Below the pieces are notes generated by a model that was not told the origin of the DNA, ran no database searches, and was given only the letters and a program-made list of their open reading frames with translations. A DNA stretch of 64,000 bases from an uncultured bacterium. Lineage in GTDB: Bacteria; Zixibacteria; MSB-5A5; UBA10806. The stretch lies in assembly GCA_965541585.1 (NCBI GenBank), contig CBEUCH010000010.1, positions 61,103 to 125,102 of the forward strand, given 5' to 3'. A program made the translations under genes and the position numbers. Each line of letters starts with the position of its first letter. The first letter of the stretch is position 1. Positions 53,643 through 62,628 of this stretch are shown one piece after another.

Positions 53643-53687
53643 ATTTCTACAGATTTTTTATAGAGAGGTGAAGGAAAAATCTCCGGG

Positions 53688-54611
53688 CTATACGCCGAAA
53701 ATGTTGGATTTCGATACCTGTCTTAAACGTCCGTCTTTGAGCTTGTATACGCTCAAGCATTCAGATTCATACCAGAACGATCTTGCGAAGAAATATATTT
53801 CGCCCATGAGCGTGAAGGTTGCAAGGAAATGAATAGTCGGGGATTTCGCCAAATCCTCAGGAGTTATTTCTTCATATCTAAATTCGTCATTGTCAATACG
53901 CGTGGCCAAGAAATATCTCGATGCGTAATAATACGTTTTATAATTGCATTTTCGAGAGGTGATATATTTATCATCGCTGGTAGAATATTTGTAGAAAGTG
54001 GGCCAGCATTGAAGCTCCGCAGAGTAAGGGATAAACGGTTCGATTTCAATTTCGAAATTCTTGATGACGACAGGTATATAGTCATCATACTCAAGTTCTA
54101 CAATTTTTTCTAAATCGCCAATTACCGGGGGTAAAGCGGTAAAATTCAAAATAAGGAGTTTTGCACAAACAAAGCTATAATCTCGGCGTGAGCATCTCGG
54201 AAGCTCTATCCCCAGATCATCAAGGACTATATGGCCGCCTGGAATAAATCCGGCGAACGGCGATTCCGTAACGGCGAAACCGTCCAGGGTTCCGTAGAGG
54301 ACGTTTTCACCGGCCAATATTACAAAACGATCGCCTATTTTTTCTTTAACTCCCATTTCCTCCGGGATTTGATCCAACATGCGATATTCGCCCCCCTGAA
54401 GCCTGCTGAGGGTTGTGTCGTATATTATCTTGTTGAATGCCCCGAAGAATCTTCGATTCTCTTCGACATTTGGAACCTCCAGCATGACAGAGTTGTCTCG
54501 CATAACATAGCCGTAACGAAATTGAAGTGGGTTTGAGACGTCAGACGCTTCTTCGGCCAAACACATAGTCCCGACGATTAAAATAAGGATGGCAATTATA
54601 ATGGATTTCAT
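53688..54611 (-). CDS. Hypothetical exported protein
   Basis: 307-aa ORF with signal peptide MKSIIIAILILIVGTMCLA; start overlaps the mazG stop. Confidence 0.75.
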   Translation of the reverse strand: MKSIIIAILILIVGTMCLAEEASDVSNPLQFRYGYVMRDNSVMLEVPNVEENRRFFGAFNKIIYDTTLSRLQGGEYRMLDQIPEEMGVKEKIGDRFVILAGENVLYGTLDGFAVTESPFAGFIPGGHIVLDDLGIELPRCSRRDYSFVCAKLLILNFTALPPVIGDLEKIVELEYDDYIPVVIKNFEIEIEPFIPYSAELQCWPTFYKYSTSDDKYITSRKCNYKTYYYASRYFLATRIDNDEFRYEEITPEDLAKSPTIHFLATFTLMGEIYFFARSFWYESECLSVYKLKDGRLRQVSKSNIFGV

Positions 54612-55381
54612 GGCAGTTTTCTCTTAGCCTCTTCCCAGAGAGCGTCCATCTCATCGAGATTGGAGTCATCCAGCTTTTTGGCCTTTTCGCGTAACCTGTT
54701 TTCTATATATTGGAATCGCCGGATGAATTTTTGAACTGCCATATTCAGGGCTTCCTCGGCCTGCATCTGCAGATGCCGTCCGAGATTCACCAACGAGAAC
54801 AGCAGGTCGCCCAATTCTTCCTCCTGCATACCCCTGTGGCCGGTCTTGAGCGCATTTTCAAATTCCTTTATCTCTTCTTTTAGCTTTTCGATGACTTCAT
54901 CGGGAGTCTTCCAGTCGAATCCGTAACGCCCCACCTTTTCCTGTACCCGGTAGGCCTTCAGCAGAGCCGGCAGGGAGGCAGGAACCCCCTGCAGAACCGA
55001 GTAATCATGGTCCTCTGCATTTTGATGTTTTATCCGTTCCCAGTTGTGGAGCACCTCATCGGATGTTAGATCCTCTTTGGCGCCGAAGACGTGGGGATGC
55101 CTGACGGTGAGCTTATCGGCTATTTTTGCGGCAACTGTTTCTATATCGAATGCTCCCCGCTCATCGGCGAGCTGGGCATGCATGACGATCTGCGACAGAA
55201 GATCGCCCAATTCCTCCGATAGCTTCTCATCGTCCTGATCCGCAATGGCCGTAATGACCTCGTGGACCTCCTCCACAATATACGGTTTGAGTGAATTGTG
55301 ATCCTGCTCTTTATCCCAGGGGCAACCATCCGGCCCTCGAAGCACTGCGATTATCTCCACCAGTCTTTTAAAATTCTCCAT
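54608..55381 (-). CDS. mazG: Nucleoside triphosphate pyrophosphohydrolase MazG (probable ATG start at 55381)
   Basis: LRGPDGCPWDKEQ, EELGDLL twice, RHPHVFG, GFDW. Confidence 0.96.
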   Translation of the reverse strand: MENFKRLVEIIAVLRGPDGCPWDKEQDHNSLKPYIVEEVHEVITAIADQDDEKLSEELGDLLSQIVMHAQLADERGAFDIETVAAKIADKLTVRHPHVFGAKEDLTSDEVLHNWERIKHQNAEDHDYSVLQGVPASLPALLKAYRVQEKVGRYGFDWKTPDEVIEKLKEEIKEFENALKTGHRGMQEEELGDLLFSLVNLGRHLQMQAEEALNMAVQKFIRRFQYIENRLREKAKKLDDSNLDEMDALWEEAKRKLP

Positions 55382-55477
55382 TAGATCAATACTATTCGTG
55401 CCGGGGTTGCAAGTCAAATGAAATCACTACCGCTTGGTCTCTTTATCATAACTTGATAGAGTCACTGGAACCGGCTC

Positions 55478-55506
55478 TTGACAACCCCTTTCGAGCCGGG
55501 TATGTT
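55478..55506 (+). promoter_or_regulatory. Sigma70-type promoter of tRNA-Ser
   Basis: TTGACA-N17-TATGTT, 18 nt upstream of the tRNA. Confidence 0.65.
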
Positions 55507-55524
55507 TAGCCTGCAACTTTTTTG

Positions 55525-55613
55525 GGAGAGATGTCCGAGTTGGTCGAAGGAGCACGCCTGGAAAGTGTGTAGCCCCCAAAAGGGGCTCCTGGGTTCGAAT
55601 CCCAGTCTCTCCG
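55525..55613 (+). tRNA. tRNA-Ser(GGA)
   Basis: GGAGAGA/TCTCTCC acceptor stem; CACGC-CTGGAAA-GTGTG anticodon arm; long variable arm; GGTTCGAATCC; CCA not encoded. Confidence 0.96.
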
Positions 55614-55617
55614 TTTT

Positions 55618-55690
55618 TGTAGCATACTTGTAACAAACTTTATAAGTCTTTGACAGATAATGGCCTCTCTGGGATCAAAGCCCAGGTAAT
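55618..55690 (+). repeat. 73-bp direct repeat, copy 1 (copy 2 at 61726-61798)
   Basis: 62/73 identical by manual ungapped alignment; starts 4 nt after the tRNA-Ser 3' end. Confidence 0.88.
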
Positions 55691-55879
55691 GGGGGTCCAT
55701 TGTGGTCTCCTGGAAAAAACCAGCGCCTTATTCGAGTCATAGTATTGGGGGCGCTATATTTGCATTTGTCCCCATACTCTGATTAGGTTCGATAGGGGCC
55801 TTAAAAACTACCGACGAATTCTGTTTAAGAGGTTTCGCTTGGGAATGGAATCTGACTTTCTCCTCGATCTTTTCCCAGA

Positions 55880-56089
55880 TCAATAGATAACCTCCTTGAT
55901 GTGAGGATTCATGATCATGACATCCCCATTCTGTGCCGGCGACGAATCAAAGGTCGCGTGTCCATTAAAGGTAATCGCCTGGTCGTCCCGGTTAAATCCA
56001 GAGGCCTGAATAACATGTTGAACCGTAGCCCCTTGCTCGACTATGACCTCATTGGCCTCCTCGCCAAGCTTCAAAATCTTGACCTTCAT
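55880..56089 (-). CDS. Ubiquitin-like (ThiS/MoaD beta-grasp) small protein without C-terminal GG; possibly a frameshifted pseudogene
   Basis: SD AAAGGAG; MKVKI..G....V.VEQGATV..VI...G......ITFNG........NGDV.I..P.IK pattern. Confidence 0.7.
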   Translation of the reverse strand: MKVKILKLGEEANEVIVEQGATVQHVIQASGFNRDDQAITFNGHATFDSSPAQNGDVMIMNPHIKEVIY

Positions 56090-56565
56090 AAAATGCTCCT
56101 TTCATTGGAATGGAAAAGCCCCTAGTGGGCGGGGCTTGGTGATCATTATATTCTTATGCCATTAAATCGAATCGCTACAACTATATACACATTACAGAGA
56201 TAACATTACTTGTCAAACACCTAATATATGGTTAGCGTACTAAGATATCCTTTTTTTGGGTTGACAGTGGATTCTATTAATGATAACATACTTGTTGCAT
56301 CTTTGATACCGCTTGAGATGTGAATGCTTGATGTTATTTGAAATTAACAACACAGGGGCTGCTATCTAATCCCGCTTGGTATTGCTGTTGTGGCAACTTT
56401 AAAGCTGAAAACGCATTTCTCAACTTTTAAATGTAAATGTCCCAAACGTTCTTTCGGCGTACACGGATATAACGGCTAATACCTTGGTTAGTATATGCGG
56501 CTCATAAAGCAATGGGACAACCTGATTCTAATTGAAGGAAGACGTAAAATACTTTAGAATCTACT

Positions 56566-57267
56566 TTGACTCGGGACAAGTTATCGAAGGAATCCGGTAT
56601 GGAACATAGAGAAAGCAAAGGAATATTATCATTAGGACGCTATATGACCTCGCCCCGGACATTGATTGTTGTGTTTGCCATAATTATTTTATTCTCATCA
56701 AACATATTTGCATCATCGTTCCATGAAGCTGCCAGAGAGGGCAACGTTGAGAGACTTAAACAGCTGGCAAAAGTTGATAATGTAAATCTAGACCAACCAG
56801 ACAGCAATGGTCTAACTCCGTTGCTATTTGCTGCCGCGTTTGGTCACTTTGAGGCTGTGAAATTTCTTATAGAAAAGGGTGCAACAGTTGATTCGAAATC
56901 AGCAACAGGGATAATCCCACTTTATGATGCATGCGTAGGGGGTTTTCTACACATCGTAAAGTTTCTTATAGCAAATGGAGCTTCTGTCAATAACGTTTCT
57001 AAAGAAGGTGTATCTGTCTTGTATGGTGCAACTATGGGGGGCGATTTTGTCAAACACCTAAGATATAGACTTAAAGTTGAATTTGAGATTAATAATGGCA
57101 AAGTTCAGACCGGGTATTCTATAGATTATGTTGCACGCGAGATAGACAGTCTTTTAACAAGCAGCTCTATCGGATGGCAAGCTTATGCTGTATTAGGAGC
57201 CATAATATTTATATGCCTTGCATGTTTGTTACACATCATTACGCTCATAATATCAGCAGTAAAATAA
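56566..57267 (+). CDS. Ankyrin repeat membrane protein (true start may be ATG 56599 or 56644)
   Basis: FHEAAREGN, GLTPLLFAAAFGH, GIIPLYDACVGG; N-terminal signal/TM and C-terminal TM. Confidence 0.85.
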   Translation: MTRDKLSKESGMEHRESKGILSLGRYMTSPRTLIVVFAIIILFSSNIFASSFHEAAREGNVERLKQLAKVDNVNLDQPDSNGLTPLLFAAAFGHFEAVKFLIEKGATVDSKSATGIIPLYDACVGGFLHIVKFLIANGASVNNVSKEGVSVLYGATMGGDFVKHLRYRLKVEFEINNGKVQTGYSIDYVAREIDSLLTSSSIGWQAYAVLGAIIFICLACLLHIITLIISAVK

Positions 57268-57278
57268 TCTAGATTAAT

Positions 57279-58331
57279 ATGGAAAGCGAAAGCAAAACCT
57301 TTTTTAATATAAACAATATTCGCCTGCTTGCGGCCAATATTATTAAGTTCAATATCTTTAAGACGACTAACCTAAATCCTCTCATAGTCTGCTATCTAGT
57401 AGACTATAATTGTAATTATGAATGTTATTTTTGTAGTAGAGTTCCGGACCAAACATATGTTGATCCAAAAGAAAGGGTAATACTGCAAGAAAAGGAATAC
57501 ACTGAACTACTTAGGATGCTAAAAGAGGCAACGGGATCAATTTATTTTTCTGGAGGGGAACCGCTTTTGCATCCCGATATTGTGGGTATTGTTCGAGAAG
57601 CCAAAAAGTTAAAATTCAGGCCTATTTCGTTAAGCACCAATGCAAGTCTATTGCATTCTAAGTTGGATGTATTGAAGTACTTAGATCTACTAATAATCAG
57701 TGTAAACACTCTGAAGCTGGAGGAAATGGTTAATTTATATAGAATTAATAAGAACATTGCTCACCAAGCTCTTAGTAATATCTATACAGCGATAGATTAT
57801 CAAGACAAATATAATTATAATACTGTAATAAATATTGTTATTGCAGCCAATAGAATTTCTAATGCGTATGAAATAATACGCTTTTGCCAAAGGGAAAATA
57901 TTGCGTTTACTATTTCTCCGGAGATGACTCCCAATACCGATGGTTGTAAAGTAGAAAAGAGCCTATTGGGAAATAAGGAATATCAAGCCCTAATTGACTA
58001 TATTATTAATTTAAAGGTAAACAAAGGCGGGAAGGCACTAGAATCTCTTTCATATTTAAAAATTATTAGGGATTTAAAAAATTATAATTATTGTATTCCA
58101 TATTTGCTGCCCTGTATTGGCCCTAATGGTGGTCTATATTATCCCTGTCCAGAAAAAGCTGATAAAATATGTGAAAATATTTTGGAAGCCGGCTCATATT
58201 TTAAAGCGCTTAGAAATGCTCGTAAAAGATATGGTAAAGAACTATTGAGATGCTGTCATACTAATTTTAAGCCAGGTAATATTGAACCATCAATTTTGGT
58301 TAGAAGGCCTTATAAGATGATCTGGGAATAA
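57279..58331 (+). CDS. Radical SAM protein with C-terminal twitch/SPASM-like Cys region
   Basis: CNYECYFC, FSGGEPLL, STNA, CIP....CIGPNG.LYYPC; very AT-rich. Confidence 0.9.
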   Translation: MESESKTFFNINNIRLLAANIIKFNIFKTTNLNPLIVCYLVDYNCNYECYFCSRVPDQTYVDPKERVILQEKEYTELLRMLKEATGSIYFSGGEPLLHPDIVGIVREAKKLKFRPISLSTNASLLHSKLDVLKYLDLLIISVNTLKLEEMVNLYRINKNIAHQALSNIYTAIDYQDKYNYNTVINIVIAANRISNAYEIIRFCQRENIAFTISPEMTPNTDGCKVEKSLLGNKEYQALIDYIINLKVNKGGKALESLSYLKIIRDLKNYNYCIPYLLPCIGPNGGLYYPCPEKADKICENILEAGSYFKALRNARKRYGKELLRCCHTNFKPGNIEPSILVRRPYKMIWE

Positions 58332-58830
58332 TTAGAATCGCATTTTATGTTAGTCCTGCGATAGACAAAGTCAGGTTTATTTGAGGTTTTATAGCTTCAA
58401 GAGCGGGTGGCAAATGTCAAGTTCGTTTTAGGGATGCGTATATTGAGAATACTTCGCATTTACAAGAGACCTCAAGAATAAAGAAATATTCGTTATTGTG
58501 GACTTTTTGCTTGACAATTAACTTCGACACACATAATGAATAGTAACTGCCCACTCCCCGGGCTTAACATAAATGCGAAGCAAGATAGCCAACTGTATGT
58601 GTGGGTTGACCTGTAAGCACAGTTGGGGATAACTGTATAGATTGTAGCCCGTCAGAGCCTACTGTGCCAAAAAGGCATTTGAAGTAAGAGATGGTTTTAA
58701 CTTGAAATTATCAAAACCGTCTTTTAATATCTTACCAGTTCAGTTAAAAAGGTTTTGACGACGTACACCAAACAAGATACCTAAGGCCGGCTGTACGGCC
58801 GTCTAGCTGGCCACTGCGACGGAGGGTGCA

Positions 58831-60234
58831 ATGATCAGACACCGACTGTTTCTCGGATCTTCAAGCGAGGGTGAGGCGAAGGCCAAGTGGTTAAAGGGAT
58901 TGCTGCTTGATATCGCGAAGAATACACTGAACTTGGAGCGGGAGGAGTTCGTTGTCGTCGGATGGTGGGAGGAGGGAATCTTTCCTGTTAACGCGACGTT
59001 CGTCGAATCGCTATTTGACCAATTGGATAAGACTGATTCGGCGATCCTAATAGCGACGGAGGACGACCAAGTAAAGCGTCGCGGTAAGGAAGAGCACACG
59101 CCCCGGGACAACATCATTCTCGAATACGGGCTGTGGTCCGGAAGGCACGGCCGTGTGAATACCGCGATAGCTACCGTAGGCTCCCCTCAATTACCAAGCG
59201 ACCTTGAAGGAGTCAATCGCCTGTCCCTCGAGAAGGCAGACAAGCTAACGGACTTCTGGACTTACAATCGGCCCAAGACAGAAGTGTGGCTAACGGACCT
59301 GCTAGGTCCGAGTCCGAAGCTATCGGGCAAGGTCCTTGTTCTGTTTCCATCGTTTAAGGATGACCCCTTCTACTACGACCTCTATGTAGGAATCACCAGG
59401 ACTCTCCTTGAAGGGTATGGCCCTGCACTTCGTTTTCCCAAAGACGCCTACGATGCGGAGCAGTTTCTCATGAAGCTTCGGGAGATCTCTCAACATGAAG
59501 ATGAGTACGTAGGCGCCATCATCCGACCCGTACTCGTCGGCCCCAAGGCTGATGAGCTACGAAACATAGTCGCGGATTGGGACATCCCCACGGTATTTGT
59601 GGATATCAATCCCTTTGAAAAGGGCAAGGTCAAGATGCCCGATCATGTCTGCTACGTTGGCTTCAACAACGATCAGGGTGGCCGCCTCGCAGCGCGGGCT
59701 ATGTCCCGTGAGCTGATGGGGCGAAAAGCCCCTATGGTCTTGGTCGTTACCTCCGATGAACAGCCCGAACGCCGGGATGCCTTTTGCAAGGAACTCAAGG
59801 CGCTTGACCCGACAGCCGAACTAAAAGTCGTGCCCTGCAAGTTCAATCGAGATGAAGCTTACAGATGTGTGCAGAAAGCCTTCAAACAACTTTGGAGACA
59901 GAACGAACGCTACTTTGACGGCATCTTCTGCTCCAGTGACGTGATGGCAATGGGGGCAAACACCGCGGTATCAGATCGCTTTGACGACAATCAAAACAAG
60001 ATTCGCGACATTGTGATCGTCGGCTACGATGGAACGCTTCAAGCCAAGAGCATGGTTGACTATTCCGGAAGTCCCGTTCGCAACACCGTGGAACAGAATC
60101 CCGATCCACTGGGAGCCTGCGCTGCTGGTCTATTGGTTAAAATGATGCGAAGGAACAAAATTCAGGAGAGCGAGCGCGTCCAGATACTGCCCGTCGAGCT
60201 ATACGTAGGCAATGATAATTCGGTCGGCAGCTAG
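58831..60234 (+). CDS. TIR domain (Cap12/Pycsar-type) fused to a type I periplasmic-binding/LacI-type sugar-sensor domain
   Basis: LFLGSSSE, DSAILIATEDD, PRDNIILEYGLWSGRHG, LPSDLEG; then DPFY, PTVFVD, YVGFNNDQGGRLAA, GIFCSSDVMAMG, IVGYDG, TVEQ. Confidence 0.88.
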   Translation: MIRHRLFLGSSSEGEAKAKWLKGLLLDIAKNTLNLEREEFVVVGWWEEGIFPVNATFVESLFDQLDKTDSAILIATEDDQVKRRGKEEHTPRDNIILEYGLWSGRHGRVNTAIATVGSPQLPSDLEGVNRLSLEKADKLTDFWTYNRPKTEVWLTDLLGPSPKLSGKVLVLFPSFKDDPFYYDLYVGITRTLLEGYGPALRFPKDAYDAEQFLMKLREISQHEDEYVGAIIRPVLVGPKADELRNIVADWDIPTVFVDINPFEKGKVKMPDHVCYVGFNNDQGGRLAARAMSRELMGRKAPMVLVVTSDEQPERRDAFCKELKALDPTAELKVVPCKFNRDEAYRCVQKAFKQLWRQNERYFDGIFCSSDVMAMGANTAVSDRFDDNQNKIRDIVIVGYDGTLQAKSMVDYSGSPVRNTVEQNPDPLGACAAGLLVKMMRRNKIQESERVQILPVELYVGNDNSVGS

Positions 60235-60458
60235 CCACTTCCGGCTTCTGCGAGTTGCGGGTCTCTGCGCCGCGAACGCGCGGTGCCAAATGCCCCGATT
60301 CCCGAGCGGACCTTGGCACCGGGACTGCGTCAGGCGCTATGCAGGGGGAATAACCTACCATATAGAAAAATAAATAGTCTGTTTAATGTGGACGATAAAA
60401 CTGATTTGTTAGAATGAATTTATAATCAGGACAATTCAAATCAAGTTGAGGATTTGTC

Positions 60459-61487
60459 ATGTCGGAAACAGAAAAAATCAGGAAAGCTCAAGAGGTAATC
60501 GGCAATAACGAGGATAATGATTATATAATTAACCCGACCGGGCATTCAGAACTTTATTCAAATCAAACGCCGGAATTTGCGCAGATACTAGATTCTTCAG
60601 AGGTAAGCATGCTGGCTGAAGAATATGAGCGTTATGATCAGATGGCCCTTAAGGCTCAGTCTTTATTCCTTAAACAATCAAAACATGCGCGCTGGGCGGT
60701 TTTATGGGCAGCTTCTTTTTCAGCTGGATTGGTTTCGGCCGGAAGCTGGTCTTCAATTGATAGCCCTGATGGGATAATCAGCAAAATCATTTTAACGGCC
60801 TTGGCGGTGGGAAGTGTTTTAGCTGGAACATATGCCGGAATTTGCCTTCAGCAAATTCGAGCTAAAAAATTACTCGAAAAGTGGATGGAAGCCAGGTCGG
60901 AGGCAGAAAGTACCAGATTGGGATATTTCGAAGCGGTGGTTACACAAAAAACTGATATAGAAGAAACATCAGAAACAACATTGTCTCTACTGAGGCTGGA
61001 ATATTTCCGCCGATATCAACTTGATGTCCAAGTAAACTACTTGGAAGACAGAATAGGTAGATTGGGCGAAAGATCCAGCTCAAGGTTAACCTACATTGCC
61101 TATATTCTGGGCGGTGTGACCGCCATAAACGGCATCGCCGGTATTTTAGGATGGGCTGATCCGAAATGGGCCGCCTTAGCGGCAGTGGCTTTAATTGGAC
61201 AGGCATTCGGGGCTATGTTATCTAATGACGAAGCTGTAAATCAAGACAGCCGTAATGCGGAACGCTACGGACGTACACTTGCAGCCTTGAAAAAAATTAA
61301 AGCAGAACTTGATAATGTCAGAATCGGGGTTTCGCGCAATAAGAAAGAATTATTGCATGGCTTCCTGGAAGCCGTCCAGGAGCCTATATCGTCCGAACAT
61401 CAACAATGGGTAAAGGATTTTGAAAAAAGATCAAAAGCTCTTGGGCGGCTTTGGCAACAACTAGAAAAGCTTAAGGAGGGAACCTAA
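60459..61487 (+). CDS. Tandem SLATT/DUF4231-like 4-TM membrane protein
   Basis: Two TM pairs; WMEARSEAESTR after the first pair; DVQVNY before and ERY...SSEHQQW after the second. Confidence 0.72.
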   Translation: MSETEKIRKAQEVIGNNEDNDYIINPTGHSELYSNQTPEFAQILDSSEVSMLAEEYERYDQMALKAQSLFLKQSKHARWAVLWAASFSAGLVSAGSWSSIDSPDGIISKIILTALAVGSVLAGTYAGICLQQIRAKKLLEKWMEARSEAESTRLGYFEAVVTQKTDIEETSETTLSLLRLEYFRRYQLDVQVNYLEDRIGRLGERSSSRLTYIAYILGGVTAINGIAGILGWADPKWAALAAVALIGQAFGAMLSNDEAVNQDSRNAERYGRTLAALKKIKAELDNVRIGVSRNKKELLHGFLEAVQEPISSEHQQWVKDFEKRSKALGRLWQQLEKLKEGT

Positions 61488-61725
61488 GCGCATATTGCTG
61501 AGTCAAAATAATGCAAGAACTGGAATGAAATGATTTTTGATAGAAAGCCTCATTTCTTATTACCCCCCAGCATGTTTCATCCATGACTGCTCATGTCCGA
61601 TATCTAAGCACATTTTTCCGCGGTGATTAATTATAAGCCACGTTACCGCGTCAACAACACCTTAGCAACGGATCACATAACCGTCTTATTCCAACTAGAT
61701 TAGGACAGGAAACCAGGCCGAATTC

Positions 61726-61798
61726 TGTAGCATATTTGCAGCAAATTTTGTAAGTGATTGAACGATAACGGCCTCTCTGGGATCAGAGCCCAGGTAAT
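61726..61798 (+). repeat. 73-bp direct repeat, copy 2
   Basis: TGTAGCATATTTGCAGCAAATTTTGTAAGTGATTGAACGATAACGGCCTCTCTGGGATCAGAGCCCAGGTAAT. Confidence 0.88.
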
Positions 61799-61851
61799 AT
61801 AGGCCTAAGTAGTATCCTGGCAGTGGCCCATGTTCTATTCAAACAATCGAT

Positions 61852-62628
61852 CTACTCAAATAGCTCAGCGAAGAATATCTTCATATGTTGCCATGAACGT
61901 TTATCAGCAGACTCACTGTACGCTGCACCCTTCGAAGGATCATTGCCAGCGCCTGCGTTCGTGAAGGCATGCACAGCCCCTGAATAGGCGATGAACTGAA
62001 AATCCACACCTGCCGTAGACATTTCTTCAAAAAACGCAGCGACCTGATCATCCGGTACATGGGGATCAATAGCTCCATGACAAACAAGTATTTTGCATCT
62101 TATATTCTCGGCGATCTCTGGATCAGGTGTATCGAGATTGCCATGAAAACTTACCACTCCGGCAATCTCAGCTCCAGATCTGGCCAGCTCTAGCGCTGTT
62201 CCACCTCCAAAACAATAACCGATTGCGGCGACTCGATAGCGATCACAAAGCTCATTATTCACAAGTACATCAAGCCCAGCCGCTACCCGCTGACGCATAA
62301 GATTCCTATTACCTCGGTAGATCCCTGCCTGCTTCGAAGCCTCATTTGATGACTGAGGACGAACGCCCTTGCCATACATATCCACGGCAAAAGCGACATA
62401 ACCCATTTCAGCCAACTGTTGGCATCTCATTTTGGAGTAATCGTTCAATCCAGTCCATTCATGTATGACCAGTATCCCCGGGCGTTTTCCGCTATCGCTA
62501 TCGTCCCAGGCCATGAAACCTTCCAATTCCACCTCGCCGTGGTTATATGTTATTATTTCTGTCATCATCTCTCCCCGAACTATTGGTGTTATACACAGCA
62601 TAATTGTCAGAAATATTATCAGTTTCAT
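61852..62628 (-). CDS. Dienelactone hydrolase family protein, exported
   Basis: Signal peptide; HEWTG, IGYCFGG nucleophile elbow, SFHG, HG..DP, HAFT. Confidence 0.93.
   Translation of the reverse strand: MKLIIFLTIMLCITPIVRGEMMTEIITYNHGEVELEGFMAWDDSDSGKRPGILVIHEWTGLNDYSKMRCQQLAEMGYVAFAVDMYGKGVRPQSSNEASKQAGIYRGNRNLMRQRVAAGLDVLVNNELCDRYRVAAIGYCFGGGTALELARSGAEIAGVVSFHGNLDTPDPEIAENIRCKILVCHGAIDPHVPDDQVAAFFEEMSTAGVDFQFIAYSGAVHAFTNAGAGNDPSKGAAYSESADKRSWQHMKIFFAELFE

Larger units (their letters stand above)
55618..61798. mobile_element. tRNA-Ser-associated genomic islet, no integrase visible
   Basis: Bounded by 73-bp direct repeats; abrupt compositional shifts between genes; accessory or defence-type cargo. 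Confidence 0.6.

Noticed and set aside
54608..55381. mazG as part of the defence islet
   Set aside because: Full-length two-domain housekeeping MazG with host-like composition, lying outside the repeat-bounded segment on the other side of the tRNA
57279..58331. Prokaryotic viperin
   Set aside because: Lacks the N-x-H motif before CxxxCxxC typical of viperins and has a twitch-like Cys C-terminus instead
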